Source of the DNA: a virus
Taxonomy: Duplodnaviria; Caudoviricetes
Length of the DNA: 64,000 nucleotides
Reading direction: 5' to 3' (one strand)
IMG/VR virus record: IMGVR_UViG_3300029267_004155
Each line of letters starts with the position of its first letter. Within the stretch, counting starts at the first letter, position 1. Below are positions 19,428-28,066 of the stretch, one piece after another. The position numbers were made by a program, and so were the translations under genes. The notes under the pieces are model-generated. The model was not told the origin of the DNA and searched no databases. It saw only the letters and a program-made list of their open reading frames with translations.

Positions 19428-20630
19428 ATGAGCGTTCTGGACAAAATCAGGAAGTTGAATGAGCGGCGGGCCCGGGAGGGCCGGGGTGGCGGTCGGGTCA
19501 ACGGGATTTTTCACAACTGGAAGGATGGCCCGAATGTCATCAGGCTCGTCAGCGGCGGGTTCCTGGAGGTGAAGACTCACTTCGTGGCGCCGTCGACGAG
19601 CAGGGGCGACCGGGGGCTCTGCCAGCCGGATGCCTTCAAGGGCGACCGGGACCATCGCATCTCCAAGGTGGTGAACTGTCTGAACTGGAACCTTGATTCC
19701 GAAGAGGCGGCGGAGGTCCAGACGTGCCCCGTCTGCGAGCTCCATGCCATCGCGAGGATGGCTCTCCAGGAGAGTCCGACGCCCGAGGAGAAGAAGTTCT
19801 TCGAGGAGCTTCTGTCGGCGACGCGGCCGCGCGACTCCTTGAAGTGGAACGTGATCGACCGTGACGACCCGTATGTCATCCAGCTTGGCGAGGATGGCTC
19901 CGAGAGCAAGATTCTCGGGTTTAAGATTGCCACCATCGGGATGGAGGCGTGGAACGACATCCAGGGCATCTTCGAGCAGTGCCAGTTTGACATCTCGGAC
20001 GACGACGAGGGCATCGACATTTGCGTGACGCGCGGCAAGAACGCGATGCGCACGGTTTACTCCGCGCAGGCCGTGCTGGAAGGCAAGGGCCTGAAGGTGA
20101 CTCCGCTCACTGACGAGGAGAGGGCGCTTCCGAGGCAGGACCTGAAGGCGAGGTGCGGCAAGATGACCAAGCGTGAGGACATCATGGACGCGCTCCATGG
20201 CGACCTTCGCGAGTTGCTGGACCTGAATGCGGATGACGCGCCGGTGGCGCCTCCGGCTCGCCAGGCTCCCGCGGCTGCGCCGGCGGCCCAGAGACAGGCT
20301 CCGGCCGCGCCCCGAAGGCAGGCTCCGGCGGCCGCGCCGGTGGCGGATGACACCAACGACGCGTTTGCCGAGCCTCCGGCTGCTGTCCAGGCTGCTGCTC
20401 CGGCTGCTGCCCCGGCTGCTGCCCCGGCTGCGACCCCGGCTGCTGCTCCGGCTGCGGCCCAGGCTGCGGCGGCAGTGGCAGCCGCTGCTGTCGAGACTGC
20501 TCCGGCGGCTGACTTTTCGGAAATCGACCCGAGCACCTGGCAGTGCTTCGGGACGGCTGACGAGAACGAGACTGAGTGCAAGGGATGTCCCTTCCTGAAG
20601 GCCTGCGTTGCCAAGCGCGACCAGGGTTGA
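19428..20630 (+). CDS. gp32-like single-stranded DNA-binding protein with Ala/Pro linker and C-terminal 4-Cys domain
   Basis: KDGPNVIRL, H..C..CPVC Zn site, NVIDRD, EGIDICVTR; SD AAGGAGG. Confidence 0.75.
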   Translation: MSVLDKIRKLNERRAREGRGGGRVNGIFHNWKDGPNVIRLVSGGFLEVKTHFVAPSTSRGDRGLCQPDAFKGDRDHRISKVVNCLNWNLDSEEAAEVQTCPVCELHAIARMALQESPTPEEKKFFEELLSATRPRDSLKWNVIDRDDPYVIQLGEDGSESKILGFKIATIGMEAWNDIQGIFEQCQFDISDDDEGIDICVTRGKNAMRTVYSAQAVLEGKGLKVTPLTDEERALPRQDLKARCGKMTKREDIMDALHGDLRELLDLNADDAPVAPPARQAPAAAPAAQRQAPAAPRRQAPAAAPVADDTNDAFAEPPAAVQAAAPAAAPAAAPAATPAAAPAAAQAAAAVAAAAVETAPAADFSEIDPSTWQCFGTADENETECKGCPFLKACVAKRDQG

Positions 20631-20645
20631 CGACGAGAACCATGA

Positions 20646-20680
20646 CGGATGGGAGCCTTTTGGCTCCCGTCCGCTTCTTT
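20646..20680 (+). terminator. Intrinsic terminator/attenuator between ssb and recA
   Basis: CGGATGGGAGCC-TTTT-GGCTCCCGTCCG followed by CTTCTTT. Confidence 0.75.
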
Positions 20681-20694
20681 AGGGAGGCGAGGAC

Positions 20695-21819
20695 ATGGCG
20701 AAGGCCGACAGGAAGGCGCCGAAGACGCGGGAGCAGCAGATAACGGCGATTTGCAAGGCGATCAACAGTGGTGATTTCGGAGGTGAGAACAAGGACGCGG
20801 TGATGTGGCTCGGGTCGAGGGACAGGATCGTCCTTCCCCGGTTCTCGTCGGGATGTATGGACCTGGACGACGCCATGGGCGGAGGCTATCCGGAAGGGCG
20901 CTTCATCGAGGTGTTCGGTCCGGAGAGCAGCGGCAAGACGACGATTCTCCTTCATGCGATCGCGGAGTACCAGAAGGCGCATCCGGAGCGGGATGTGGCG
21001 ATGATAGACACCGAGTTCGCCTTCGACGAGGAGTACGCCGAGAACATTGGTGTCAACACGAAATGGCTGATCGTGAGCCAGCCGGACGACGGCGAGCAGG
21101 CCCTCAACGTGGCCCAGCAGATGATGCAGCTCGGCGTTGGCTTCATCGGTGTTGACTCCGTGGCGGCGTTGACGACGAGGGCGGAGATCGAGGGGGCCAT
21201 GGGGGACGTCCACGTCGCCGAGCAGGCACGGCTCATGAGCCAGTCGCTCCGCAAGCTGGCCGCGGAAGTCAAGCGGCGTCGGGCGACGATGCTCTGGACG
21301 AACCAGATGAGGGACAAGATCGGGGCGTCGTGGGGAGAGCAGACCACCCAGCCTGGCGGTCGGGCTCTCCGGCACTGGGCGTCCATCCGGATCAGCATGG
21401 CGAGGATCTCCTCCGTGAAGGAGGGGCCGAAGGAGAACAGGGTCGTGGTCTGCACGAAGCATCGGGCGGAGGTCAAGAAGAACAAGTGTGCCGCACCCTT
21501 CCGGAAGGCCGACTTCTATATCACGTTCGGCCACGGCATAGACGTGGTGGCGGCCATCCTGGACGCGGCCATCTCCAAGGGGGTCGTGGACAAGAGGGGG
21601 TCCTGGTTCTCGTTCAAGGGGGAGCAGCTGGGGCAGGGTCGAGTCCAGGTCTTGGAGATTCTCAGGACCGACAAGGAATACTGCCGGAAGATCGAGGACG
21701 CCACGCACCTGGAGCATCCGCCGGCGCCGGAGCCGGAGGAGGGTCCTGACGGCGTGGAGCGGGTGCCGGTCACGAGAGGGGCGATAGACGTGGAAGCGAC
21801 GGTGGTAAATGATGTCTGA
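20695..21819 (+). CDS. recA: RecA recombinase
   Basis: GPESSGKTT, VSQPDDGEQAL, VDSVAAL, ARLMSQSLRKL, NQMRDKIG, GGRAL, KNKCAAPF. Confidence 0.97.
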   Translation: MAKADRKAPKTREQQITAICKAINSGDFGGENKDAVMWLGSRDRIVLPRFSSGCMDLDDAMGGGYPEGRFIEVFGPESSGKTTILLHAIAEYQKAHPERDVAMIDTEFAFDEEYAENIGVNTKWLIVSQPDDGEQALNVAQQMMQLGVGFIGVDSVAALTTRAEIEGAMGDVHVAEQARLMSQSLRKLAAEVKRRRATMLWTNQMRDKIGASWGEQTTQPGGRALRHWASIRISMARISSVKEGPKENRVVVCTKHRAEVKKNKCAAPFRKADFYITFGHGIDVVAAILDAAISKGVVDKRGSWFSFKGEQLGQGRVQVLEILRTDKEYCRKIEDATHLEHPPAPEPEEGPDGVERVPVTRGAIDVEATVVNDV

Positions 21820-22726
21820 GGGACCAAAGCTGCTGCTGATCGACGGGAACAACATGGCCCATCGCGTCTTCTGGGCGAACCAGAAGAAGAACCTCGCTTA
21901 CAATGGCAGCTCGACGGGGCTCGTCTACGGCTTCGTCAGGCAGCTCGTGAGTCTCCACAAGAAGTGGCCGCACCATTTCCGGATTGTCGCCTGGGACACC
22001 GAGGGGGGCAGCGCGAGGCGCGTGGCCGAGTCGAAGGTGGGTGTCGAGGCCGGCGTCGTGCCGGAATACTACAAGCAGTCCAGGAGGGAGAAGGAGAAGC
22101 CTCCCGAGATCGAGGACATGTACGAGCAGATGGACGTTCTTCGGGACGGCCTGGCCGTGACCAACACCCTCCAGGTCGCGATGCCCGAGGTGGAGGCGGA
22201 CGATATTCTCTACACTTACGCAAGATGGGCGGCCCGCTGGGCCGGGTCGGCGGTGATCGTGTCGTCTGACCAGGACTTCTACCAGGCCATCGGGGATGGC
22301 GTGATCGTCTACGACGCCATGCGGAAGGAGACGTGGAGCGAGGAGCGGTTCGAGATGGAGTTCGGCTTCGCGCCGCGGCTTTGGGTCGAGGCCGGGGCGA
22401 TCATGGGCGAGGTGGGGCCGTCGAAGGACAACATCTACGGAGTCGACGGGTGGGGGCCCAAGACCACCTACAAGTACGTCAAGGAGCATGGGGGCATCTC
22501 GGGCATACGGGCTGCGATCCTGGCGAAGAGCAAGGTCGGCAAGAAGGAGCAGGTCTTTCTCGACAGCGGGGAGAGGCTCAGGCTGGCCGAATCGCTCAAG
22601 AGGATGGACGTGGTGCCCGTGCCGAGGGCGAGGATGACCAGGAAAGTGGACCCGAAGAAGGTTGAGGCCTTCTTCCTGAAGTTTGGTTTCGCCAGCCTGC
22701 TCAAGGAGGCCTGGAGGCTCTCATGA
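21809..22726 (+). CDS. 5'-3' exonuclease / flap endonuclease (PolI N-terminal-like)
   Basis: LLLIDGNN, YKQSR, EADD, SSDQDF, DNIYGVDGWGPKT. Confidence 0.92.
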   Translation: MMSEGPKLLLIDGNNMAHRVFWANQKKNLAYNGSSTGLVYGFVRQLVSLHKKWPHHFRIVAWDTEGGSARRVAESKVGVEAGVVPEYYKQSRREKEKPPEIEDMYEQMDVLRDGLAVTNTLQVAMPEVEADDILYTYARWAARWAGSAVIVSSDQDFYQAIGDGVIVYDAMRKETWSEERFEMEFGFAPRLWVEAGAIMGEVGPSKDNIYGVDGWGPKTTYKYVKEHGGISGIRAAILAKSKVGKKEQVFLDSGERLRLAESLKRMDVVPVPRARMTRKVDPKKVEAFFLKFGFASLLKEAWRLS

Positions 22727-23325
22727 CGGGGGCCGTCACGGCTTACAGGAGGTTGAGGACGCGTGCCACCGTCGTCAGGGACGAGGGTGGCTACGAGCTC
22801 GGGGCGGGCCATGCCAACCCGGTGCTCTTCGAGGAGTTCCTCGGGGAGATGCTTGAGGCGGGTTTCCCGGCGGTGGTGTGGGAGCCGTTCTCGGTCCCGG
22901 ACGGGACGCCGGCGTCCTTCGAGCTGTGCGACGACATCGGCGTGGAGCTGGTGTCCCACAGCGTCAGGTCGGGGGTCCCGAGGGTGGTGGAGGCAGACTC
23001 CACGGTGATGGGGCCCGGAAGGGAGATAGGGGGCATGTTCGTCCATCCGCCGTATTTCGGGTGCAACCCGTTCTCGCAGGTGGAGGGCGAGCTCTCCATG
23101 GCGGCGGACGAGGCGTCTTACCGGGCCGCTCTGTCGAGGACGTTCTCCCTGGGGCTGGCGGCGATGGAGAGGGGAGGCCTGGCGTGCGTCGTGGGACGCC
23201 GCTACAGGAGGGTGGTCGAGGTGAAGCTGGACGAGTGGATGGCTGAGGACCTGGAGGACGTTGGGTTCTCTCTCTGCGCGGTCATGATGAGCGATCCGGA
23301 CGTGGCGATATTGGCGAGGACATGA
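22723..23325 (+). CDS. Divergent amino-methyltransferase-like protein
   Basis: HPPY motif-IV-like; degenerate motif I (EPFSVPDGT). Confidence 0.5.
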   Translation: MTGAVTAYRRLRTRATVVRDEGGYELGAGHANPVLFEEFLGEMLEAGFPAVVWEPFSVPDGTPASFELCDDIGVELVSHSVRSGVPRVVEADSTVMGPGREIGGMFVHPPYFGCNPFSQVEGELSMAADEASYRAALSRTFSLGLAAMERGGLACVVGRRYRRVVEVKLDEWMAEDLEDVGFSLCAVMMSDPDVAILART

Positions 23326-23326
23326 C

Positions 23327-23884
23327 ATGAGCTACAGGATAGGTTTGGTTGGCGCGGGGGGAACCGGGAAGTCGACGCTGGCGAGGATGCTGGCGGAAAA
23401 GCTCGGGCTGCCGCTGCTGGCGTCGAAGTGCGTTACCCAGGAGATACTGGACCGGGACGGCTACGATTATGGCTCGGGCATCCAGATAGAGAGGTTCCTG
23501 GCGAACAGCCACAGGCAGATCGAGCTGGTCAAGAGGACCTTTCAGGCCTACGAGGGTATCGAGTTCTTCGTGACGGACAGGACGGCGATAGACCTGGCGG
23601 CCTACGCCCTCTGCGAGCTGAACGACTCCGACCCCGAGACCCTGAAGAAGGTGTTCGAGTTCTGCAGGGACAGCGTTGGGTCCTACACGCATCTCTTCCT
23701 CTGTCCGCGGGGGAGCCTTCCGATGGAGAGCAACAGGAGGAGGACGCTGAACCCCTGGTACCAGTTCCTGATCCACACCATCGAGCGGGGCATCGCCGAG
23801 GACTGGAAGGTTGGCCTGACCGAGCTGAAGAAGGAAAGCGTCGAGGAGAGGGTGGCGGAGGTCAGGTCCTGGTTGAAGGCGTAA
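23327..23884 (+). CDS. P-loop nucleotide kinase-like protein (AAA_28/NadR type)
   Basis: GAGGTGKST, FVTDRTAID, THLFL. Confidence 0.8.
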   Translation: MSYRIGLVGAGGTGKSTLARMLAEKLGLPLLASKCVTQEILDRDGYDYGSGIQIERFLANSHRQIELVKRTFQAYEGIEFFVTDRTAIDLAAYALCELNDSDPETLKKVFEFCRDSVGSYTHLFLCPRGSLPMESNRRRTLNPWYQFLIHTIERGIAEDWKVGLTELKKESVEERVAEVRSWLKA

Positions 23885-24069
23885 TATTCGTTTTATATCC
23901 TGACAGTTGTGTAGAGCGGTGCCACGCCGAGATGGAGGAAGCCATGAGCGGTAAGGGAGAGGTGCTTCACGGTTCGCGGTTCGTCCGTGACGGACTTGCG
24001 GGGGCCGAGGGGGGAGGACATGCCGAGAGGCGCAGGGTTGTCATATCGCGAGACAGCGAGGAGAGCGCA

Positions 24070-25251
24070 ATGAGCGACGACATCGTCAATGATGATTTCC
24101 TGGTTGACGTTCCGGACATCCCGATGCCCGAGGAGGGCGTCGCGGAGGGCGAGGTGGTCAAGGACGAGTTCGAGGGCGCGTTCGACTACGCCTTCGTTGG
24201 GGCCGGGCAGGCGGGCAGCCGCATCGTCGAGAGCTTCTGGAAGCTCGGCTATCGGCGCGTGTGCTGCGTTAACACGAATAGCCAGGACCTGGCCGGGATC
24301 GACATTCCGGAGTCGAACAAGCTCGTCATGGATATTGGCTCTGGCGGCGCGGGCAAGGACCCGGCAAAGGGCGCCAAGGCAATTCAGAGCTACTACGAGG
24401 ACGTCTACGACCTGATGCGGCGCAGTTTCGGACGCAAGTTCGACCGTGTCTTCGTCTCCGTCGGAGCCGGAGGCGGCACGGGAAGCGGCTGCGCGAAGGC
24501 CCTCGTCGACATCGCTCACGACATCGCCAGGTCGTTTAAGGTCGAGGAGGAGGGTGGCAAGCCGGCGGTCGGCGCCATTGCGGCGCTGCCCAAGACGACC
24601 GAGGGGGCCAAGGTGAACTTCAACGCCCACGGCGTTCTGGACGATCTGTTCTCGATGGTTGGGAGCGACGCGGGGAAGCTGGCCGGCAGGAGCCTGAGTC
24701 CCCTGATCGTTATTGACAACGACAGGATTAACCGGCTCTATCCCAATCTGCCAGTGGCGAAGTTCTGGGATGTGGCGAACCGGAACGTCTCCAGCTTGTT
24801 CCATTTGTTCAACACCATCGCGATCAGGGATTCCGACTTCACGACTTTTGACAGGGCGGACCTCAAGGACATCCTTGAGTCCGGCACGGTGACGTTCGGG
24901 GCATGCCCGATGAAGAAGTGGGGCGCCGCGGACGACATCAGCTACGCCATCCGGGACAACCTCCGGAGGAACGTCCTGGTCGGCGGCTTCGACTTGAAGC
25001 AGGCCAAGGCGGCCGGCTGCGTCTTCATCGCCCACGGCGACGTGTTGGAGAAGGTTCCCCAGGCGTATCTGGAGCACGGCTTCGAGATGCTGTCCAGGAT
25101 CATGGGCGCCGGTTCTGTCGTGCATCGCGGCATCTACCGGGGCGGCAAGCCAGGGCTCGTGGTCTACACGATCCTGGGAGAGCTCGGGCGTCCCGACGAG
25201 CGCATGGAGGAGATCGCGCGCGTCGGCGGGGCCACGTTGAGGAAGGAATAG
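24070..25251 (+). CDS. Tubulin/FtsZ-family GTPase (alternative in-frame start at 23944)
   Basis: VGAGQAGSRI, VNT..QDL, GAGKDP, GGGTGSG signature, IDND, FDRADL. Confidence 0.92.
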   Translation: MSDDIVNDDFLVDVPDIPMPEEGVAEGEVVKDEFEGAFDYAFVGAGQAGSRIVESFWKLGYRRVCCVNTNSQDLAGIDIPESNKLVMDIGSGGAGKDPAKGAKAIQSYYEDVYDLMRRSFGRKFDRVFVSVGAGGGTGSGCAKALVDIAHDIARSFKVEEEGGKPAVGAIAALPKTTEGAKVNFNAHGVLDDLFSMVGSDAGKLAGRSLSPLIVIDNDRINRLYPNLPVAKFWDVANRNVSSLFHLFNTIAIRDSDFTTFDRADLKDILESGTVTFGACPMKKWGAADDISYAIRDNLRRNVLVGGFDLKQAKAAGCVFIAHGDVLEKVPQAYLEHGFEMLSRIMGAGSVVHRGIYRGGKPGLVVYTILGELGRPDERMEEIARVGGATLRKE

Positions 25252-25255
25252 AGAC

Positions 25256-25519
25256 ATGGCTTATCGAGCGAACGTGACCGACAAGCAGCAGAGCGACATC
25301 GAGAACGCGGCGAACGACAGCGCCGACAGGCTTCTCTGGTTCGACGGGAAGCAGGAGCAGGCGGCTGCCACGAGGTTCATCCGGGCCCTCGACCTGTCGG
25401 CCCAGGGCAGCGGGGTCTCGGCGACCATGAGCGCGCAGAGGCAGTTCGGCAGCTCCGGGCACGCCGTCGGCAGCCATAATGACAAGCCCGCGACGTTCGC
25501 GAGGCCGGGCAAGGTCTAA
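25256..25519 (+). CDS. Small hypothetical protein co-transcribed with tubulin
   Basis: 87 aa with SD; followed by a terminator. Confidence 0.65.
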   Translation: MAYRANVTDKQQSDIENAANDSADRLLWFDGKQEQAAATRFIRALDLSAQGSGVSATMSAQRQFGSSGHAVGSHNDKPATFARPGKV

Positions 25520-25555
25520 CCCCGGGCGGGGTCCTCCCCTCCCCGCCCACCTCCC

Positions 25556-25589
25556 AGAGGGCCGCGTGAAAGCGCGGCCCTCTCTTTTT
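25556..25589 (+). terminator. Intrinsic terminator
   Basis: AGAGGGCCGCG-TGAAAG-CGCGGCCCTCT then CTTTTT. Confidence 0.85.
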
Positions 25590-25591
25590 GC

Positions 25592-25623
25592 CCTCCTCGC
25601 GGCGTATAGTGTCGCAAAGGAGG
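25592..25623 (+). promoter_or_regulatory. GGCGTATAGT promoter in the loop of an SD-sequestering hairpin
   Basis: CCTCCT(25592-97) pairs with AGGAGG(25618-23); inner stem GCGGCG/TGTCGC; loop TATAG. Confidence 0.7.
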
Positions 25624-25629
25624 ACGACC

Positions 25630-26550
25630 ATGACCAGGTTGCTGTTCTACACCGACCTTCAGCTGAGCGGCAAGACGCCGAGGCACAGGGTCGACGACTA
25701 CCCGTCCGCGCTGGTGGAGAAGGTGGCTGAGATATACGAGCGCGCGACCGCCGAGAGATGCGAGTTCGTGGTCTTCGGAGGCGACTTCTTCAACAACCAC
25801 AAGATATTCAGCTACGATGTCATCAACAGGGTGATGGAGCCGATCTGCTCGTCGGACCTGACGACGTACGTGGTGCTCGGGCAGCACGACGTCCACGGCT
25901 ACAACCCGAAGACCTACGAGACCTCGACCATGGCCTTCATGGCGAGGCACTGCGAGAAGCTCGAGGTGATGTGGGGGCCGACGGAGGTCGGCGAGGTTGA
26001 GCTGTGGCCGTGCCATGTCTGGGAGAAGCTGGAGGATGCGAAGGGGAAGATGATGCCGCCTGGCAGGGTCAACGTGCTCGTGGCTCATCAGTCGATCACC
26101 AACAAGAAGAAGTTCTTCGACGTGGAGTCGACGGCCGACTTCGGGGTTGGGTGCCCCTACGACCTGGTCCTGTCCGGGCACATGCACGACGGCTACGACA
26201 CGCATGTGGTCGACGGGACGACCTTTTGCAACCCGGGGGCCGTCTCCAGGGGCGCCATGGATGAGATCGACCGTGTTCCGATGGTCGCGGTGATAGAGGT
26301 CGGGGCGGGGAGGCCGCCGGCCGTGAGGCTGCTCCCCATCGAGTGCGTGAAGCCAGGATCGGACGTTTTCGGGCAGGATGTGGCGGAGATCGTCAGGGAC
26401 ATGAGCGAGTTCGACGCCAACGCCTTCGTGCGGGGCATGGACGAGCTGGAGGCCGAGTCGGTCGACGTTTACGACCTGGTTCAGAAGGCGGGAAAGGAAG
26501 AGGGCATCCCGAAGCCCGTCCTGGCCTATATCGACTCGAAGAGGAAATAA
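25630..26550 (+). CDS. Mre11/SbcD-like metallophosphoesterase nuclease
   Basis: TDLQ, GGDFF, GQHD, VAH, SGHMH, NPGA. Confidence 0.88.
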   Translation: MTRLLFYTDLQLSGKTPRHRVDDYPSALVEKVAEIYERATAERCEFVVFGGDFFNNHKIFSYDVINRVMEPICSSDLTTYVVLGQHDVHGYNPKTYETSTMAFMARHCEKLEVMWGPTEVGEVELWPCHVWEKLEDAKGKMMPPGRVNVLVAHQSITNKKKFFDVESTADFGVGCPYDLVLSGHMHDGYDTHVVDGTTFCNPGAVSRGAMDEIDRVPMVAVIEVGAGRPPAVRLLPIECVKPGSDVFGQDVAEIVRDMSEFDANAFVRGMDELEAESVDVYDLVQKAGKEEGIPKPVLAYIDSKRK

Positions 26551-26582
26551 TCGCTCGGATTTTTCAGAATTGTTGCTGGCGA

Positions 26583-26592
26583 CGTGTATAAT
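26583..26592 (+). promoter_or_regulatory. CGTGTATAAT promoter-like motif
   Basis: Perfect TATAAT in an AT-rich intergenic gap, TTCAGA 18 nt upstream. Confidence 0.55.
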
Positions 26593-26647
26593 AGGGCGGA
26601 CGAGAGTGTGGCTGGTGATTTTACGACGGCAAGAAGGAGAAAACGAG

Positions 26648-28066
26648 ATGGATGGCAAGAAGGACGACAATGATCTGTTTGGCAGTGACTTCTTCGGGGA
26701 TGACGGCGATGACTTCTTCAACCAGGGAGGGGATGGCGGCAAGCCGGAGGAGACGGATGGCGCAGCGGAGATGGAGGCGATTCCGCCAGAGGCCGTGAGT
26801 GAAGGCGGCGAGGCCAAGGCCAGGGCCAAGGTCAAGGATGAGAAGAAGCCCAAGAGGAAGGCTCCACCGCGCCAGGCTCCACCGCGCCAGGCTCCCCCGA
26901 CCAGTGCGGGGGTCGAGCCTGTGACCGGTCCGTCGCTGGGCGAGGATGGCGAGCAGGAAATTGCAACGGAGTCCAAGGCCGACACGAAGGCGGAGACCCC
27001 GGACGCCCAGGAGACCATGTCGGTCGGATGGAACGCGATGCCGCCACCGCCGAAGAAGCGGGCGCGGAAGCCGATGACGCCGGCCCAGAAGATGGTCAGC
27101 TACATGTTGAACAAGGCTGGCAAGCTGGAGGAGGCGCTTCCGCTCTCGGACATCATGAAGGGTCACCTGGGAGACGCTGTTCCCATCGAGGACGTGGCCA
27201 TCTTCAGCGAGGAGCCCGAGGATGACGGCCTCAAGGATGTGTACGCGGCGTGTCCGCTTCAGAATCACGTTAACCTGAGCTCGCGCATCGAGGCGACGCA
27301 GGTCAGGAGGATCGGCTTCGAGGTGCTCCGGGATGGCCGGATGTTCACGCCCATTCAGGTGGCGAGAGTCGGGAATGCGCTGGAGTGCACGAGCGGGCGT
27401 CACCGCCTGGTCTTCCTGGCTATGGTGTACGGGGCCAAGACGGTGGTGCCGATGATCGTGGCCGACATGAGCCTCAACGAGGCCAGGAAGGCGGTTATCG
27501 CGGCCAACGAGACCAGGTCGATCAAGGCCATGGAGAAGGCCGAGTACGCCGTCCTGACGGCCGTCGGTGGCGACGTGAAGGCGAATCAGGACGACATGTA
27601 CGGCCGAGCCGCCGTCAACAAGGGCGGCGCCAAGAAGTACGCCATCTACTCCATCGTGGAGCGCGGCTATCCGAGGGAGCTGGAGTTCGACATCTCGGCC
27701 CGCGGGGACGGCGCGATCACGACGATCAGCAACGTCGAGGCCTTCCTGGGATACTCGATCGATTGGCACAAGGGGATGACGGCGACCGACTTCGACCGCA
27801 AGCTGGAGTCGTCCATCAACTTCCTGAACACCTACGTCGAGAAGCTCCAGGCGGAGGACGCGTTCGATCCGAAGCAGCAGCTCGCCAACAAGCCGCTGAA
27901 GGCGGTCGGCAAGTACGTCCGGGAGTACGAGGCCGTCACTGGCGGCGACGCCCTGACCATCGTTGACAAGATCGTCGAGTGCATGATCGCGCTCGGCGAT
28001 GTCGCGAGCCATCCTCCGCTGGAGACGCACGCGACGCTAGCCGAGGCGATGAAGCAGGATGGCTGA
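26648..28066 (+). CDS. ParB/Srx-domain protein with a long acidic/Pro-rich disordered N-terminus
   Basis: TPIQV...SGRHRL...VPMIV...AVIAANETR ParB-N pattern; SD AAGGAG. Confidence 0.75.
   Translation: MDGKKDDNDLFGSDFFGDDGDDFFNQGGDGGKPEETDGAAEMEAIPPEAVSEGGEAKARAKVKDEKKPKRKAPPRQAPPRQAPPTSAGVEPVTGPSLGEDGEQEIATESKADTKAETPDAQETMSVGWNAMPPPPKKRARKPMTPAQKMVSYMLNKAGKLEEALPLSDIMKGHLGDAVPIEDVAIFSEEPEDDGLKDVYAACPLQNHVNLSSRIEATQVRRIGFEVLRDGRMFTPIQVARVGNALECTSGRHRLVFLAMVYGAKTVVPMIVADMSLNEARKAVIAANETRSIKAMEKAEYAVLTAVGGDVKANQDDMYGRAAVNKGGAKKYAIYSIVERGYPRELEFDISARGDGAITTISNVEAFLGYSIDWHKGMTATDFDRKLESSINFLNTYVEKLQAEDAFDPKQQLANKPLKAVGKYVREYEAVTGGDALTIVDKIVECMIALGDVASHPPLETHATLAEAMKQDG

Noticed and set aside
23428-24069. 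607-aa version of the tubulin ORF
   Set aside because: The upstream part overlaps the kinase gene in another frame; SD-supported starts are 24070 or 23944
23885-24069. tubC/parS-like centromere next to the tubulin gene
   Set aside because: No iterated direct repeats or clear palindrome visible
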